Assembly (NCBI GenBank): GCA_963751455.1
Contig: CAVVUN010000015.1
Coordinates: forward strand, 832,001-896,000
Direction: 5' to 3'
From: Nitrospirota bacterium
GTDB lineage: Bacteria; Nitrospirota; UBA9217
Length of the DNA: 64,000 nt
How positions within the stretch are numbered: position 1 is the first letter of the stretch; each line of letters starts with the position of its first letter. Positions 11,175 through 23,653 of this stretch are shown here, one piece after another. A model generated the notes under the pieces. It worked only from the letters and a program-made list of their open reading frames with translations, ran no database searches and was not told the DNA's origin. A program made the position numbers and the translations under genes.

Positions 11175-12328
11175 GGATACCGGCATTGCTCAATCGAATG
11201 ACCAGGGTGGAGGGGCCGCATCGGTGTTCTCTCCAGGCAAAAAGTTACAAAGAAACGTATCAGCGCAAGCGCCAACCGTGCTTATTTACAGAATCGGCCA
11301 GCTAGGCGACACGCTTGTTGCCATGCCCGCCATCCACGCCATCAGGCAGAATTATCCTCGTCACCGTCTGGCGCTGCTGACTGACCGGCATACCGGCAGC
11401 AACGGCTATGTCTCGTCATGGGACGTGCTCTGTCCTACCGGCTGGTTTGACGAGGTATTGTTTTATACGCCGGCTGAAGGTTTTGCGGCTTCTCTGGAAA
11501 ATATGCTTACCTTGGCGGGTAAATTGCGGGAACTGGCCCCTGAATACGTATTTGATCTTTCACCGGAACGGACTGCCTGGCAGGCCGGTAGGGACCGGTT
11601 TTTCTTCCGACGCATGGTTGGAGTTCCCTACTACCGGGGGTATGGGGCTTTTAAAAAGACCGGCAGGGGACCAGACGGAAATTTGCAGCACCGCGAGCCG
11701 GAATGGCGGCGGCTGCTTGCAGTGGCGGGAGGAGAAATTAATTCTGCTTTTTGTCTCCCTGTCCCGGACGGAGAAAAAAAGCCGGTACAAGATATTTTCA
11801 AGGCGGAAGGAATATCTGCCGAAAAAAAATTATTGGCATTGGGGCCGGGGTCGAAGATGCCGGCCAAAAGATGGCCAAAGGAGCAGCTTTGCCGAGCTTG
11901 GCCGACTGCTCCTCCGCGCTTTTCCCGACATGGAACTGCTCGTCCTTGGAGGAAAAGAGGACAAGGAATTAGGGGACGAACTTTGCCGGGAATGGAGAGA
12001 AGGAGCCCACAATCTCGCGGGGCGGCTTTCCATCTATGGCTCCGCCGCTGCTTTGGGAGCCTGCGCAGCCTATGTTGGAAACGATACGGGTACTATGCAC
12101 CTGGCCGCGATGGCCGGTACGCCCTGCATTGCTCTCTTCAGCGCCAGAGATTATCCCGGCAAATGGAATCCCTATGGCGACAAGCACATGATTCTGCGAT
12201 ATGAGATACCATGCGCCGGATGTATGTCGGAGGAGTGTACTGAATATCGTAATGAATGTTTAAAACAAATAGGGGTCAACAGGGTATTTGAGGCTGTTGA
12301 AGCGGTTTTATTCGGCTCAAAAAACTGA
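11167..12328 (+). CDS. Glycosyltransferase family 9, frameshift near 11885
   Basis: IGQLGDTL and KRWP in the first frame; GNDTGTMHLAAMAGTPCIALF in the second frame. Confidence 0.85.
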
Positions 12329-12339
12329 CTTAAGATTAA

Positions 12340-12561
12340 CCTGACCCGGACAAGCCGGAACTAAGATTGTTATACCACAGGCGGCTTCGCCGCACACAGA
12401 TAAACACAGATGAGAGTCTGAAAAAGGCACCGGGTCAAAAACAACTTAAAGTTCATCAGACTTTCTTCGCCCGATTGGAGAGCACATATTTCGATTTAAG
12501 ATTTTGAATCACCCGTGTTTATCTGCGTTCACCTGTGGTTAAATGCTTTTTCCAGGATTAA
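12340..12561. repeat. Palindromic element with 9-nt arms and conserved termini
   Basis: cccggacaagccggaac terminus (12345-12361); acacagataaacacagat (12394-12411) / ccgtgtttatctgcgttcacctgtggttaaatgctttttccaggattaa (12513-12561). Confidence 0.75.
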
Positions 12562-12585
12562 CGATCTTGCCCCTGTTAAAGTATA

Positions 12586-13842
12586 TTGTTGAATAAAGAA
12601 CGTTTGAAATACTGGTCGTTCCTGCTGAGCAAATTTTTGGCCGGGCAGGCCGTTGTCCAGGCGCTGAATCTTATTACGGGGTTCCTGGTTCTGAGGTTCC
12701 TGCCGATCGGCGAATACGCGTTATATACCATTTCCAGCGTATTGTCGGCGGTAAGCGGTGTCGGATCGGACATGGGCGTTTCGCAGGGGATAGTGACCTT
12801 TGGTTCAAGGCTCAAGGATGACAAACGCCGGTTAAGCGGTTTATTTGCCGCTGCGCTGCGATATCGCAGGTGGCTCTATGCGGCGACAGGGCTGGTTGTT
12901 ATCGGCTTGGCGCCTTTTATGACGAAGGGGAATAACTGGCCCGCGCTCAGTATCATCACGAGTGTTTTGTTCGTATTGATAACAAGCTGGATCCAGCAGA
13001 CGGTTTCATTAAAAAATTCAATTCTGAATATATTTCATGATTCAACGGGCCTTATGCAGGCCGGGATGGGCAGCGCCGTAGTGAGGCTCGCGCTAACCGT
13101 GCTCTGGTGCAGAACTGCCCCTACCGCCGTCGTTGCACTGGCCGTTAATCTGGCGGGTTTCACGGCCGGCAGCATGCTGCTGAAAAAACGCTGCAGGCTT
13201 TATGTGAATGACGCTGCGCCGCCGAGCGCGGACCAGGGGCGTGTTCTTAAAGAATTTGTTTACCCCCTGGCGCCGGGCGTTATTTATTATCTGCTCCAGG
13301 GACAGATTTCCACCGCAATTCTGGGTTTCGTCGGGCATACGTCCTCGGTAGCCGAGGTCGGAGCCCTGGGTCGTTTGGGACAGGTTTTCGGACTGTTCAT
13401 GACGGTAAATACATTTTTTGTACAGCCTTATTTTGCCCGGATCGAAAACAGAAGAGCATATGTTGAAAAAGGCCTGCTCGTTCTTTCGGGCATCGGCGCG
13501 CTCTCGCTCCTGACCATGATCAGTGCTTTTGTTCTGCCGGAATGGTGGCTGTTCATACTCGGCGCCAAGTACGCCGGTTTGAAAAAGGAGCTGCCCTTCG
13601 CGGTTCTTGTGCCCTTGTTTCTCCTGCTGAGCGGAACTCTTTACACGATGGTTATCGCCAGGAAATCAACAGTGGGGCAGTCATGGATGATTGCGTCCGG
13701 GATCCTGATTCAGCTCTTGTTCATCGGGATGAACGGGATCAGGACGACCTTCGACGCGTTGATACTAAATGTCCTGCTTGCCGGAGGCGGTGCGCTCGTA
13801 CAGGCTTTTTTGCTCGCGAAAGGCATCTATTCATGGCGATGA
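12586..13842 (+). CDS. wzx: Putative Wzx-type flippase
   Basis: 418 aa, roughly 12 hydrophobic segments, LPIGEYALY..SDMG motif, located in the polysaccharide cluster. Confidence 0.75.
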   Translation: MLNKERLKYWSFLLSKFLAGQAVVQALNLITGFLVLRFLPIGEYALYTISSVLSAVSGVGSDMGVSQGIVTFGSRLKDDKRRLSGLFAAALRYRRWLYAATGLVVIGLAPFMTKGNNWPALSIITSVLFVLITSWIQQTVSLKNSILNIFHDSTGLMQAGMGSAVVRLALTVLWCRTAPTAVVALAVNLAGFTAGSMLLKKRCRLYVNDAAPPSADQGRVLKEFVYPLAPGVIYYLLQGQISTAILGFVGHTSSVAEVGALGRLGQVFGLFMTVNTFFVQPYFARIENRRAYVEKGLLVLSGIGALSLLTMISAFVLPEWWLFILGAKYAGLKKELPFAVLVPLFLLLSGTLYTMVIARKSTVGQSWMIASGILIQLLFIGMNGIRTTFDALILNVLLAGGGALVQAFLLAKGIYSWR

Positions 13843-14591
13843 TACTGCTGAATTATTTGAAAGCGGCAAAAAAAGCGTTCTGGAATAATATCCCGGATAA
13901 ATATTACCTGCCGTTACTTTATCATGCCGGTTCCGGTGCGAAAAAAATAATACGGAAGGAAATAAGTATTCTCATGGAATTAGTAAAAGCCAGGAATGTC
14001 GCCGTCGATATCGGCGCGAATATCGGCCTCTACAGCTATCCTTTGTCGAAAGCGTTCAGAAAGGTGGTCGCATTCGAACCGGTTCCTCATTGCGCTGCAA
14101 TATTGAAAAATTACGGCGCGGCCAATATAGAAGTTCATAACGTCGGGCTGTCGTCATTCGATGGATTCCTGGAGCTTCATATACCGGTTCATAACGGAGT
14201 GGAAATATACGGTTGCGCGAGCTTTTCCAATATCTCCGGGAAAGGCGAAAAAATCATAACAAGCCCGGTAACAACACTGGATCGCTGCCTGTTGACCGGC
14301 GTCTCACTTATGAAAATCGATGCGGAAGGCCACGAGCTTGAAGTACTTAAGGGCGCCGATGTGACGATAAAAAGAGAGAAGCCGGTTATCCTGATCGAAA
14401 TAGAACAGAGACATCTTGACTTCCCCATGGAAATAATTTTTAACCGTTTGCGCAGTTATGGTTACAAGGGATATTTCATAAGCGGGAATGCGTTATTGCC
14501 GTTATCCGAATTTTCAGTGAACATTCATCAGCGGCAACAGGATTTGAATTCGGGAGGCGCGTATGTTTGCAACTTCATATTCAAAATGTAG
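13839..14591 (+). CDS. FkbM-family methyltransferase
   Basis: DIGANIG, AFEP, KIDAEGHELEVLKGA. Confidence 0.9.
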   Translation: MILLNYLKAAKKAFWNNIPDKYYLPLLYHAGSGAKKIIRKEISILMELVKARNVAVDIGANIGLYSYPLSKAFRKVVAFEPVPHCAAILKNYGAANIEVHNVGLSSFDGFLELHIPVHNGVEIYGCASFSNISGKGEKIITSPVTTLDRCLLTGVSLMKIDAEGHELEVLKGADVTIKREKPVILIEIEQRHLDFPMEIIFNRLRSYGYKGYFISGNALLPLSEFSVNIHQRQQDLNSGGAYVCNFIFKM

Positions 14592-14624
14592 CCTGAATCC
14601 ATTATTTGAAAGGAACGGTTTGGA

Positions 14625-15219
14625 ATGGAACGAACAGAATTATTCAGGAAGTCTATATTCCATTTGCTTGGATTCCGCGGCGTCATTGCTCAACACGGCG
14701 AGTTAGAAGCGGAATTGCTGAAAAAATATGCTTCAGGCAAAAAATCCATAATGGAGATAGGTGTTGCCGAGGGAGGCTCCGCACTTGTTTTGAGGCGTGC
14801 TATGGCCCAGGCCGGCACTCTTTATCTGGTTGATCCCTACCCGTCAGGACGCATTTTCGGGCTGAATTTTGCAGCTCGTTGCACATCGTTATGTTAACAA
14901 TAATAATAACGGCAATATACTGTGGCTTAAGGACTATAGCTGCTCGATTTCGAAACATTGGGATGTACTGATCGATTTTTTATTCATTGATGGAGATCAT
15001 TCCTATGAAGGTTGTTTGAAAGATTGGAATGCATGGAGCCCGTTCATAGAAAGAGATGGAATTATCGCTTTTCATGATGCCAGGCTTTTTTCGAATGGAT
15101 GGACAAGGCCCGACTGGGGGCCTGTCAGAGTCGTCAATGATTTGTTCCGCTCCAATCGAAATTCTGAATGGCAAATTATCGACGAGATAGATTCTCTCGT
15201 AATTGTCAAAAGGCGGTGA
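14625..15219 (+). CDS. Class I SAM methyltransferase (Methyltransf_24-like), frameshift near 14870
   Basis: EIGVAEGGS in the first ORF; DFLFIDGDHSYE and IAFHD in the second. Confidence 0.85.
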
Positions 15220-15970
15220 GGAATGTTTCGGCTATTCTGAGCACGGCACGTCAAAGAACGCTTATGAAAAATGGCATGAGAAAGTCCATGGTGAGGAGAA
15301 CCCGGCGGAAATCCACCTTTGTGACTGGCATAGAAATGCCTTAAGCTTATCGCCGGATTTAACGGGGCTGAAGATATTGGAAGTCGGCTGCGGTGTTGGA
15401 GATTTTGCAATTCATTTGGCAAAACAAAAAGCGGAAGTTACAGCCGTAGATTTTTCTTCGAAGGCCATCGAATGGGCAAGAGAAAAAGCAAGGGTCCATA
15501 ACAAACGGGTTGCGTTCCAGGCGGGCGACGCTGAAGCGCTGCCTTTCAGAGATAATTTTTTTGATCTCTTGTTTTCCTGTGAATGCCTGGAGCATGTTCC
15601 CTCGCCTCGGAGAGCCCTTGCGGAGTTCTACAGGGTATTAAAACCTTCCGGCAAACTGATACTTACGACCGAAAATTATTCGAATGCCATGGTGCTGGCA
15701 TGGATAATGAGCAGGCTGCGAAAGGAGCCTTTTAACAGCGGCGCCGGGGTACAGCCGATCGAGCATTTTTTTTTGTATTGGCGAATAAATAAAATGCTCA
15801 CCTCGAACGGCTTCAAGGTAAGGCGTATGAGAGGATCACATCATGTTTTTTTGTTGCTCCCGGGGTTTGATCCTTCCGCTTTTACAAAAGAAAGGTTTGA
15901 GCATCCTCTGCTTGCAAAATTTTTTCGATCGGCAGCCAGGCATATGGCATTTGAAGCCGTTAAAAAATAG
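15203..15970 (+). CDS. Class I SAM methyltransferase
   Basis: ILEVGCGVG, DAEALPF, LEHV, RVLKPSG. Start uncertain. Confidence 0.88.
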   Translation: MSKGGEECFGYSEHGTSKNAYEKWHEKVHGEENPAEIHLCDWHRNALSLSPDLTGLKILEVGCGVGDFAIHLAKQKAEVTAVDFSSKAIEWAREKARVHNKRVAFQAGDAEALPFRDNFFDLLFSCECLEHVPSPRRALAEFYRVLKPSGKLILTTENYSNAMVLAWIMSRLRKEPFNSGAGVQPIEHFFLYWRINKMLTSNGFKVRRMRGSHHVFLLLPGFDPSAFTKERFEHPLLAKFFRSAARHMAFEAVKK

Positions 15971-15981
15971 GGACTGAGGAG

Positions 15982-16812
15982 GTGAAAAACGTGGAAAAGA
16001 TCCTCGTAAATGCGATCAGGAGATACGTCCGCAAACACCACTTTGATGTGGTGCAATATCCGCGTCCCTTTCCTCCTGATATCGCACAGGAGGATATCGA
16101 AACGTTCACGAGCGTAAACGATTATACGGAAACATCTCTGGAGCGGGTATCCGCCCTCTGCAACGCCGTCAAGTACGTAGTGGCTCATAACATCCCGGGC
16201 GATATCGTGGAGTGCGGCGTCTGGAAAGGGGGCAGTATGATGGCCGTTGCGCGGACATTGCTGACCCTCAACGTTTGCGACCGGAACCTTTATCTTTTTG
16301 ACACCTTCGAAGGAATGACGAGACCGACGGGAAAGGATATTTCCTATGGCGGTGAACGAGCCATTGAGAGCTGGGCGGCGCAGAGACGGGAAGATGAATC
16401 CTCAAGCTGGTGCCATTGCTCCCTGGAGGACGTGAAACAAGCGATGTACGGCGTTGGTTATGACAACGCAAGGATCTTTTTCGTAAAGGGAAAAGTTGAA
16501 GCGACGATTCCGGCACGGGCACCGGATAAAATTTCCCTGCTCAGGCTTGACACGGACTGGTATGAATCCACGAAACATGAGCTGGTGCACCTGTTCCCCG
16601 CCTCTCCCCGGGCGGCGCCATCATAATAGATGATTACGGTCACTGGGAGGGGGCGCGCCTGGCCGTTGACGAATATTTGAGGGAAAACAAGTCAGGCTTT
16701 CCTCAATAGAATCGATTATACGGGAAGGATAGGAGTAAAGGAGCGGCCTTCGACAGGATTTTCGGAACGTGAGGATTTTGCGGGCGAATCCGGGAAAAAC
16801 GCACAGCCCTGA
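15982..16812 (+). CDS. TylF/MycF/NovP-family sugar O-methyltransferase, frameshifted near the C-terminus
   Basis: GDIVECGVWKGGS, FDTFEGM, LRLDTDWYEST. DDYGHWEG and RIDYTGRIG continue in other frames to TGA 16810-16812. Confidence 0.88.
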
Positions 16813-16962
16813 AACGGCAGTTGATACGCAGATTTCACAGATTTGTAACTACTTTGTTGCGTCTGTGCTCAGCGGCAAACCTGAGTGGTTCCTAGAAACA
16901 ACCGTTGCTTCCACGGCTGCGTCAGAGGTACGGCATTCGAACAACCTTCTCAGGAGAGGAAT

Positions 16963-17760
16963 GTGGAATCTAAAAGATTGGCCGAGACCCTGACCGGAAT
17001 CGCAAAAGAATACCCCGCGGACCTGGCGGATGCTCAGCTTCGCGACATACCGAGGATCGCGTTCCATATCAGTCTGACCATGATGGCCGTTGGGGACAGG
17101 CCGCACAGAGAGTTAACGATCTGTGATCTTGGGGGAGGCATCGGGCTTTATTCCGTCGGGTGCGCCGCTTTGGGGTTCAAACGCGTCGTCCTGATTGATG
17201 ATTTCCAGGATCCCGTTAACCGCGCTGTCGGGGATTCGATATTTTCTCTTCATAGAAAATACGGTGTTGAAGTTATCTCAACCGATGTGATTCAGCAGGG
17301 AATGCAAGATATTGTTGAAGGTGATTTCGACGTCATTACCACCTTCGACAGTATGGAGCATTGGCACCATTCTCCAAAAAAACTATTCCAGGACGCAGTC
17401 GCGAAGCTCAGGCACGGCGGCGTATTTATTCTCGGAGCGCCGAACTGCGTCAACATGAGAAAGAGAATTGCAGCGCCGCTGGGAAAGGGCGGATGGAGTG
17501 ATATGCAGGATTGGTATGAAGAAGCGGTGTTTCGCGGTCATGTCCGGGAACCGAATATTTACGATCTTAAATATATCGCCGCCGACATGAGGCTTGCCGA
17601 TACCCAGGTGTTCGGCAGAAATTGGATGGGGCTCCGGTCCGCGAACCCGGTGATTCGATCCGCTGCCGTTGCCTTTGACCATCTTTTAAGACTGAGACCA
17701 TCGCTGTGTTCGGATATCTATATGATAGGCAGGAAACCGCGGATTAACTGCCGTTTATAG
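16963..17760 (+). CDS. Class I SAM methyltransferase
   Basis: DLGGGIG, FDSMEHWHHSP, GAPN. GTG start follows aggagagg. Confidence 0.82.
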   Translation: MESKRLAETLTGIAKEYPADLADAQLRDIPRIAFHISLTMMAVGDRPHRELTICDLGGGIGLYSVGCAALGFKRVVLIDDFQDPVNRAVGDSIFSLHRKYGVEVISTDVIQQGMQDIVEGDFDVITTFDSMEHWHHSPKKLFQDAVAKLRHGGVFILGAPNCVNMRKRIAAPLGKGGWSDMQDWYEEAVFRGHVREPNIYDLKYIAADMRLADTQVFGRNWMGLRSANPVIRSAAVAFDHLLRLRPSLCSDIYMIGRKPRINCRL

Positions 17761-17764
17761 GTTT

Positions 17765-18856
17765 ATGGGAAAACTTATCGTACATGTTGCCCAGGTAGAG
17801 ATATCCGAAGAATCCGGAATGGGCCGGGTTGCATGGCACTGGAAGAAAGAGTTCGAAAAGCGGGGGTATGATTTTTTCCATATAGGCCCTTCACAGGCGG
17901 GCCCTCTGTATCATAACAGTTTATTCCCTTACGCGGCTTTGAAAACATATGTTCGCCTTGGACTACAGGCATCCCTGTTTCTGGTCCACGAGCCTGCATC
18001 CGGCGTTTTTGTCGATCGGAAGATTCCCGTTGTTGTCTTCAGCCATGGGTTGGAACGGAGAGGATGGCAGCTTGCATTGAAATGGAAGAAAAAAACGGAG
18101 CAAGTTATTCGTTTCCGCACACGATTGCTCAATTCACTATGGAGAACGCGTCAATGCGATCTCGGACTGAAAAGGGCCGACTCGGTTTTGTTAATAAACG
18201 AGGAAGACCGCATTTTTGCCCGGGAATATTACGGCCTGAGCCCTGATCGCATCCATGTTTTCAGAAATGGAGTTTATCCTTCGCCCCTGGACGAGAACGT
18301 TCAGCCCGGGAATCCGACGACAGTTCTTTTTGTCGGCACCTGGATAGAGAGAAAGGGGACCAAGGTGCTTGTTGAAGCGGCCGATCGCTTGCATAAGAGC
18401 GGGCTGCGTGTGAATTGGCTGCTGGCGGGGACCGGTGCGTCCCGTGAGAAAGTCCTTAGTACATGGCCGCATGAGCTCTATCCTTATGTTGAAGTAATTC
18501 CGCAGTTTCCAAGAACAATGGAAGACAGCCTCTTTGCACGCTCTCGTATCGTCGTCATGCCCAGTTTCTTTGAGGGACAACCCCTGGCGCTGCTGCAGGC
18601 CATGGAATCGGGACGCTGCTGCATTGCTTCGAACTGCTGCGGCCAGCGGGACATGATTCAGCATGGATATAACGGCTTGCTTCACGAACCGGGCGATGAA
18701 CGGCAACTGGCTTTGTTAATAGGGGAATGCGCTCAGAATATGGATTTAAGAACCGATCTGGGGAGGCATGCCAAGCTCTCCATGAAAAATCGCATGTGGG
18801 AACAGGTGTCCGGAGAAGCGGTGATTCAAGTTGAAAAAATTACGGGACGGAGTTGA
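17765..18856 (+). CDS. Glycosyltransferase family 4
   Basis: FVGTWIERKG, PSFFEGQPLALLQAM. Confidence 0.88.
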   Translation: MGKLIVHVAQVEISEESGMGRVAWHWKKEFEKRGYDFFHIGPSQAGPLYHNSLFPYAALKTYVRLGLQASLFLVHEPASGVFVDRKIPVVVFSHGLERRGWQLALKWKKKTEQVIRFRTRLLNSLWRTRQCDLGLKRADSVLLINEEDRIFAREYYGLSPDRIHVFRNGVYPSPLDENVQPGNPTTVLFVGTWIERKGTKVLVEAADRLHKSGLRVNWLLAGTGASREKVLSTWPHELYPYVEVIPQFPRTMEDSLFARSRIVVMPSFFEGQPLALLQAMESGRCCIASNCCGQRDMIQHGYNGLLHEPGDERQLALLIGECAQNMDLRTDLGRHAKLSMKNRMWEQVSGEAVIQVEKITGRS

Positions 18857-18997
18857 CGCGTTCGTAAAAAGACAAGATTTGCCACAGGAGTACAGAGTTA
18901 AGACCTATTACTACAGCAAACCTTTTTAGTAACAACCCGAGTCGCTGAATAACCACACTCTCCTTCGGTCCCTTCGCTGATATATTTACTCCCGGTT

Positions 18998-20075
18998 ATG
19001 ACAACACAACGTATTGTCCAGTCCCATCGTCCCCGTCTCCCTCCAGCAAATGACGGAGTAGGAGATTACGCCGTTCATTTAGCGCGACAGCTTAACAGGG
19101 AATTCGGCCTGGAAACTCGTTTTATTGTCTGCGATCCAACGTGGGAAGGTTCGGGTGAAATTCATGGTTTTCCCGTGCGACGACTTTCCAGGCATTCAGC
19201 GGCTTCGCTGAAGCGGCATTTGACGGCTAACCCGGCGCTGCTCCACTTCGTGAACTACGGCTATGAAAAGCGTGGCTGCCCTGTGTGGCTTTTGGAAGGA
19301 TTGCTGCAATGGAAACGTCGCGCGCCGGCGGCGCGGCTGGTCACGATGTTTCATGAATTGTACGCCTTTGGCCCTCTGTGGCGCAGTTCGTTCTGGCTCT
19401 CGCCCGTCCACCGGATGCTTGCCGCGCGCCTGTGCCGTTTGAGCGATGCAGGCGTCACCAGCATGAGGCGGTACGCCGACAGGCTTGCCGGATGGGATGA
19501 GACGAAGACCGGCGAAATACCGGCGTTGCCGGTTTTTTCCAATATCGGCGAGCCCGCTCACGTCCCCCCTCTGGCGGCGCGCAGGCGCAGGATGGTCGTT
19601 TTCGGCGGCAAGTGGCTGCGAACGCGGGCATATACCGTTTCTCTGGATAAGCTGAAAGCTGCATGCCGCATGTCGGACATTCAAGAGGTTGTTGATGTGG
19701 GGCCTGAGCTGGATTTCCGCCTGCCCGAGCTGGGTGTCCCGGTTGCGGCGTTGGGGAAAAGGGAAACCGGCGAAATCTCGCAGGTCATGTTGAATTCGCG
19801 GGCCGGCTTTATCGACTATCCGCCTGCCTACCTGGCCAAATCAACGGTCTTTGCATCCTATTGCGCTCACGGCCTGGCGCGCTGCTTCCCGGGACGGGGG
19901 AAGCAGCGTCTGACGGTATTTCTCCGGTCGTCATTTTCTCATTGCAGACGGCCAGGACAGCGGCATGTCCGGCGCGCTATTTCAGCAGATCGCCGATAAT
20001 GCCCAGACATGGTACGGAGCGCATTGCACTGCTACGCAGGCTCGCGTTTTTCTGAAAAAACTGGTTCCACAATAG
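18998..20075 (+). CDS. GT-B glycosyltransferase, with apparent frameshifts
   Basis: DGVGDYA, TMFHELYA, PVFSNIGE, AKSTVFASYCAHG. End approximate. Confidence 0.7.
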
Positions 20076-20108
20076 TAACCGAATCACGGGCATCCGGAGA
20101 CGAAATCA

Positions 20109-20711
20109 ATGGCGCATCCGCATCAATTGGAGTTTATCGGGATTCTCGCGAAACATATGCCCCGGTTTTTCCGAAAGGCAAAGGTCCTGGAAATAGGTTC
20201 GCTGGATATCAATGGTTCGATCAGAGGGTTTTTCAACCAATGTGAATATATCGGAATCGATGTTGCCGAAGGGAAGTGCGTGGATGTGGTATGCCAAGGA
20301 CAGGAATATGACGCTTCAAATGATTCGTTCGATCATGTCGTCTCCTGTGAAACCCTGGAGCATAATCCATACTGGAAAGAAACATTCACGAATATGATTC
20401 GTCTTTGCCGTCCCGGCGGATTGGTTTCGATGTCCTGTGCGACTTCGGGAAGGGGTGAGCATGGTACGGCTCGCACGACTTCTCAGGATTCGCCGTTGAC
20501 CGTCAAGATGGGATGGGACTATTACCGAAACCTCGCGAAACGGGATTTCACTCGAGCAATGGATTTGCAGGCCCGTTTTTCATATTACCGGTTCTGGGAA
20601 AACTGGATTGCGTATGATCTTTATTTTGCAGGGATCAAGCGCGAATCTGAATTGACCGTGGAAAGCGCCGGGCAATGGGAAGAGACGAACGCGCAGTTGA
20701 AGAAGCAGTAA
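20109..20711 (+). CDS. Class I SAM methyltransferase
   Basis: VLEIGSLDINGS, FDHVVSCETLEH. C-terminus possibly frameshifted. Confidence 0.82.
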   Translation: MAHPHQLEFIGILAKHMPRFFRKAKVLEIGSLDINGSIRGFFNQCEYIGIDVAEGKCVDVVCQGQEYDASNDSFDHVVSCETLEHNPYWKETFTNMIRLCRPGGLVSMSCATSGRGEHGTARTTSQDSPLTVKMGWDYYRNLAKRDFTRAMDLQARFSYYRFWENWIAYDLYFAGIKRESELTVESAGQWEETNAQLKKQ

Positions 20712-20819
20712 CGCGATACAACGCACCAGGGAGATGCACCTTGAGGAAAATTCTGGCGTACACGCTGGGGGACGACGGTTTTAAACTCGCGCGAAAATAC
20801 AGGTCCTAGACTGACGACA

Positions 20820-21840
20820 ATGAAACCCGAACAGCACAAAAATGTGACGCCGGTCAGCGTTATTGTGAGCGCTTATGCGGAGGCCCCTTATCTTGAAGAT
20901 ACACTGGCAAGCGTTGCAGGCCAACTGCACGATGGAGATGAGTTGATTGTCTTTCATGACGGAGTGGAAGAATGGTCAACTGCCGCCGGTTACTGGCATG
21001 ACGTTCAGTATACAACGTACCGGGCGGGCCGCAAGTTAGGTCTGGAACGAAGCTGGTCGCATGCTCTGATGCTCGGAAAAAATGATTGGATTCTCTGGAT
21101 GCACCATGATGATCTGCTCAGGGACGGGGCTCTGAGTATGCTCAAAAAAGCGGTTTTCGAGCATCCGATGGCTACCCTTGCATGCGGCGGTTATATAACA
21201 TTCACTTCCGGCAAAGACGCTCCGGACTGGTATCAATACCCGCTCTCGGGGGGCCTGCGCGAAATTGATGCAAATCAGAATTTAGCAAAATACCTTTTCA
21301 GCTTTCAGCACATATGTTCAGGACTTTTGATGAAAAGGACCGCGCTTGAAGCCGTTCTTCCAATACCCGATGATTTTGGGTCGGCGTCCGACGTTTGGCT
21401 ATATCAACGTTTAGCTTTTCAGGGAAATGCCGTTTTCCTGCGTGATGTTACGGCAGCTTATAAGAGCTCATCCCGGCACGGAGACAAATCGCTGTTTATC
21501 AAATTGGAGGGGCAGGCGGGCCTGGAGCCGATCGAGGCGCAGGCAAATGACCGATTGCTGCAATCTTATACGGAAAAAACAGTTAAGCTCCGACTTTGTC
21601 GCAAGGGTTGCGGAGAAAGAACCCGGAGCTGTGATTATGGATATCATGCGAGCTCTTATCCGTGCACGAAGCGGTTTTGCGAGGCCTCTTGTGGAGGCAA
21701 TAGAGAAGGTTCGTCCGGAACTGCTCCGTACCCCGGGATGGAGGAGAATAAAAATCGCGTTGGCTCTGGGCCCGTGGTCGCTTGAAGTGACGGGGGCCGT
21801 CGTTGCCGTTTTGAATAAAGGTGAAGGTTCTAAACAATGA
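20820..21840 (+). CDS. Glycosyltransferase family 2, frameshift near 21590
   Basis: VSVIVSAY, IVFHDG, WMHHDD (DxD-like), SDVWLY. Confidence 0.75.
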
Positions 21841-21951
21841 TATTTTCCGGTTGTAAATCACAACTGTCCGGACGTTTACTGACTGCATCAATTAATGGTC
21901 AGCGGACTGTCGGGATGGTATTTGCCGAGGAACCATAACCAGAGGGAAAAG

Positions 21952-22630
21952 ATGGAATACAAAGGACTTTTCCAGGGAACGGGTATCCGCGGACTTCATG
22001 ACGCAGTTATTGAGGCGCTTGCCTCATTTCTCACTGGCAATTCCAAAATACTGGATTGCGGCGCCGGAAGCGGAGCCTTTGCATTGAAATTAAAGGATCA
22101 GGGGTATGCCGTTGAAGTTATGGAATTAGACGGGGCTTTATTCAAGCCTAAGGAGATTACCTGTTATATTGCGGATTTTAACTACAATTTTTCAGATTTG
22201 CCGGATAAAAAATACGATATCATTACGTCTATCGAGGTTATTGAACATTTGGAAAATCCAAGACACCTGCTCAGGGAATGCTGCAAGCTGCTGAAGCCGG
22301 AAGGCAAACTGCTTATTACCACACCGAACATCGAATCCATACCGGGGAGGCTGCGTTTCCTGTTAAAGGGTAATTTCAGGTTCTTTGATGAAGACCCGGC
22401 TAGGAATGAACCTACACACATAACCCCTGTTCAATCTGAAATGTTGAAACGCGCCGCTTTTGATACGGGCTATGAACTTATATGTCACAAAGTATATCCT
22501 GAAAAATATTTTGAGAACGCAAGAAGAATAGTCACGCATATCTCGCGGATGATCGGCCCCTGCTCCGCGGCGTCAAATACGGCGACAGGCATATATTTAT
22601 TTTTAAAAAGGTTTCGAAAGCATGAGATCC
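21952..22630 (+). CDS. Class I SAM methyltransferase (artefactually fused in the ORF track)
   Basis: ILDCGAGSG, EVIEHLENP, LKPEGKLLITTPN. End approximate. Confidence 0.82.
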
Positions 22631-23653
22631 TCATGTATTCCCCCGCATTTTATCCCGGCATCGGCGGCCTGGAAAACGTCGCGGCAATGGTGGCGGAGGG
22701 GTTGACCGAACTGGGGTGTCAGGTTACGGTGGTTGCAATGACGTCAGGCCTGGGCGATGAGGCGCGCTTTCCTTATACCGTGGTCCGGCGGCCGGGGCCG
22801 CTGCACCTCCTTCGCCTTGTGCAATGGTGCGACATTTTTTTTCACCATAACGTCAGCCTCAAGGGTATCTGGCCTTTGCTGTTCATCAAACGTCCCTGGG
22901 TGGTGGCCCATCATGGCTGGTATTCCCGCAGCAACGGCGCTATAGGCTGGCGGGACCTGTTAAAGCGCCGGGCCACCCGCTTCGCGACGAACATTGCCGT
23001 AAGCATGGCCGTTGCCGATCATCTCGGCGGCGTGGCTGCCGCTGTTATCCCGAATCCGTACAACGACGCTCTTTTCCGGGAAATACCTTCAATCAGCCGG
23101 GACCGCGAACTGGTCTTTTTAGGCAGGCTGGTCTCGGATAAAGGCTGCGACCTGCTGCTGGAGTCCCTGGTGATGCTGAGACAAGAGGGGTTGACGCCGC
23201 ACCTTACCATAATAGGCACAGGGCCGGAAGAAACCCTCTTGCGGGCTTGTGTGGACCGCCTCGGATTGGAGCGCCAGGTCAGCTTTGCGGGAACATTGGC
23301 AGGGGAGGAACTCGTAACGCGTTTGAATCACCACCAGCTCCTGGTGACGCCATCCCGCTGGAACGAGCCGTTCGGTATTGTGGCGCTTGAGGGTATTGCC
23401 TGCGGCTGTTTGATCGTTGCCTCTTCCGGCGGCGGCCTTCCCGAAGCCGTCGGCCCTTGCGGCTTGACCTTTTCCAACGGGGATGCCCGCGCTCTGGCGG
23501 ACCGTATAGCAGACGTTCTGCGGCGCCCCGAACGCAGGGCCGTGTACTTGCAGCGCCCCCGCGCACCTGTCCCGGCACCGGCGCGCGCATGTTGCACGCG
23601 CCTACCACGAGGTGCTCGAACGGGTGCTTGCCGGCAAGAGGCTTCAGTGCTAG
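22622..23653 (+). CDS. Glycosyltransferase family 4
   Basis: ILMYSPAFYPGIGGLE, FLGRLVSDKG, WNEPFGIVALEG. The ATG at 22622 and the tail after about 23555 are out of frame. Confidence 0.85.
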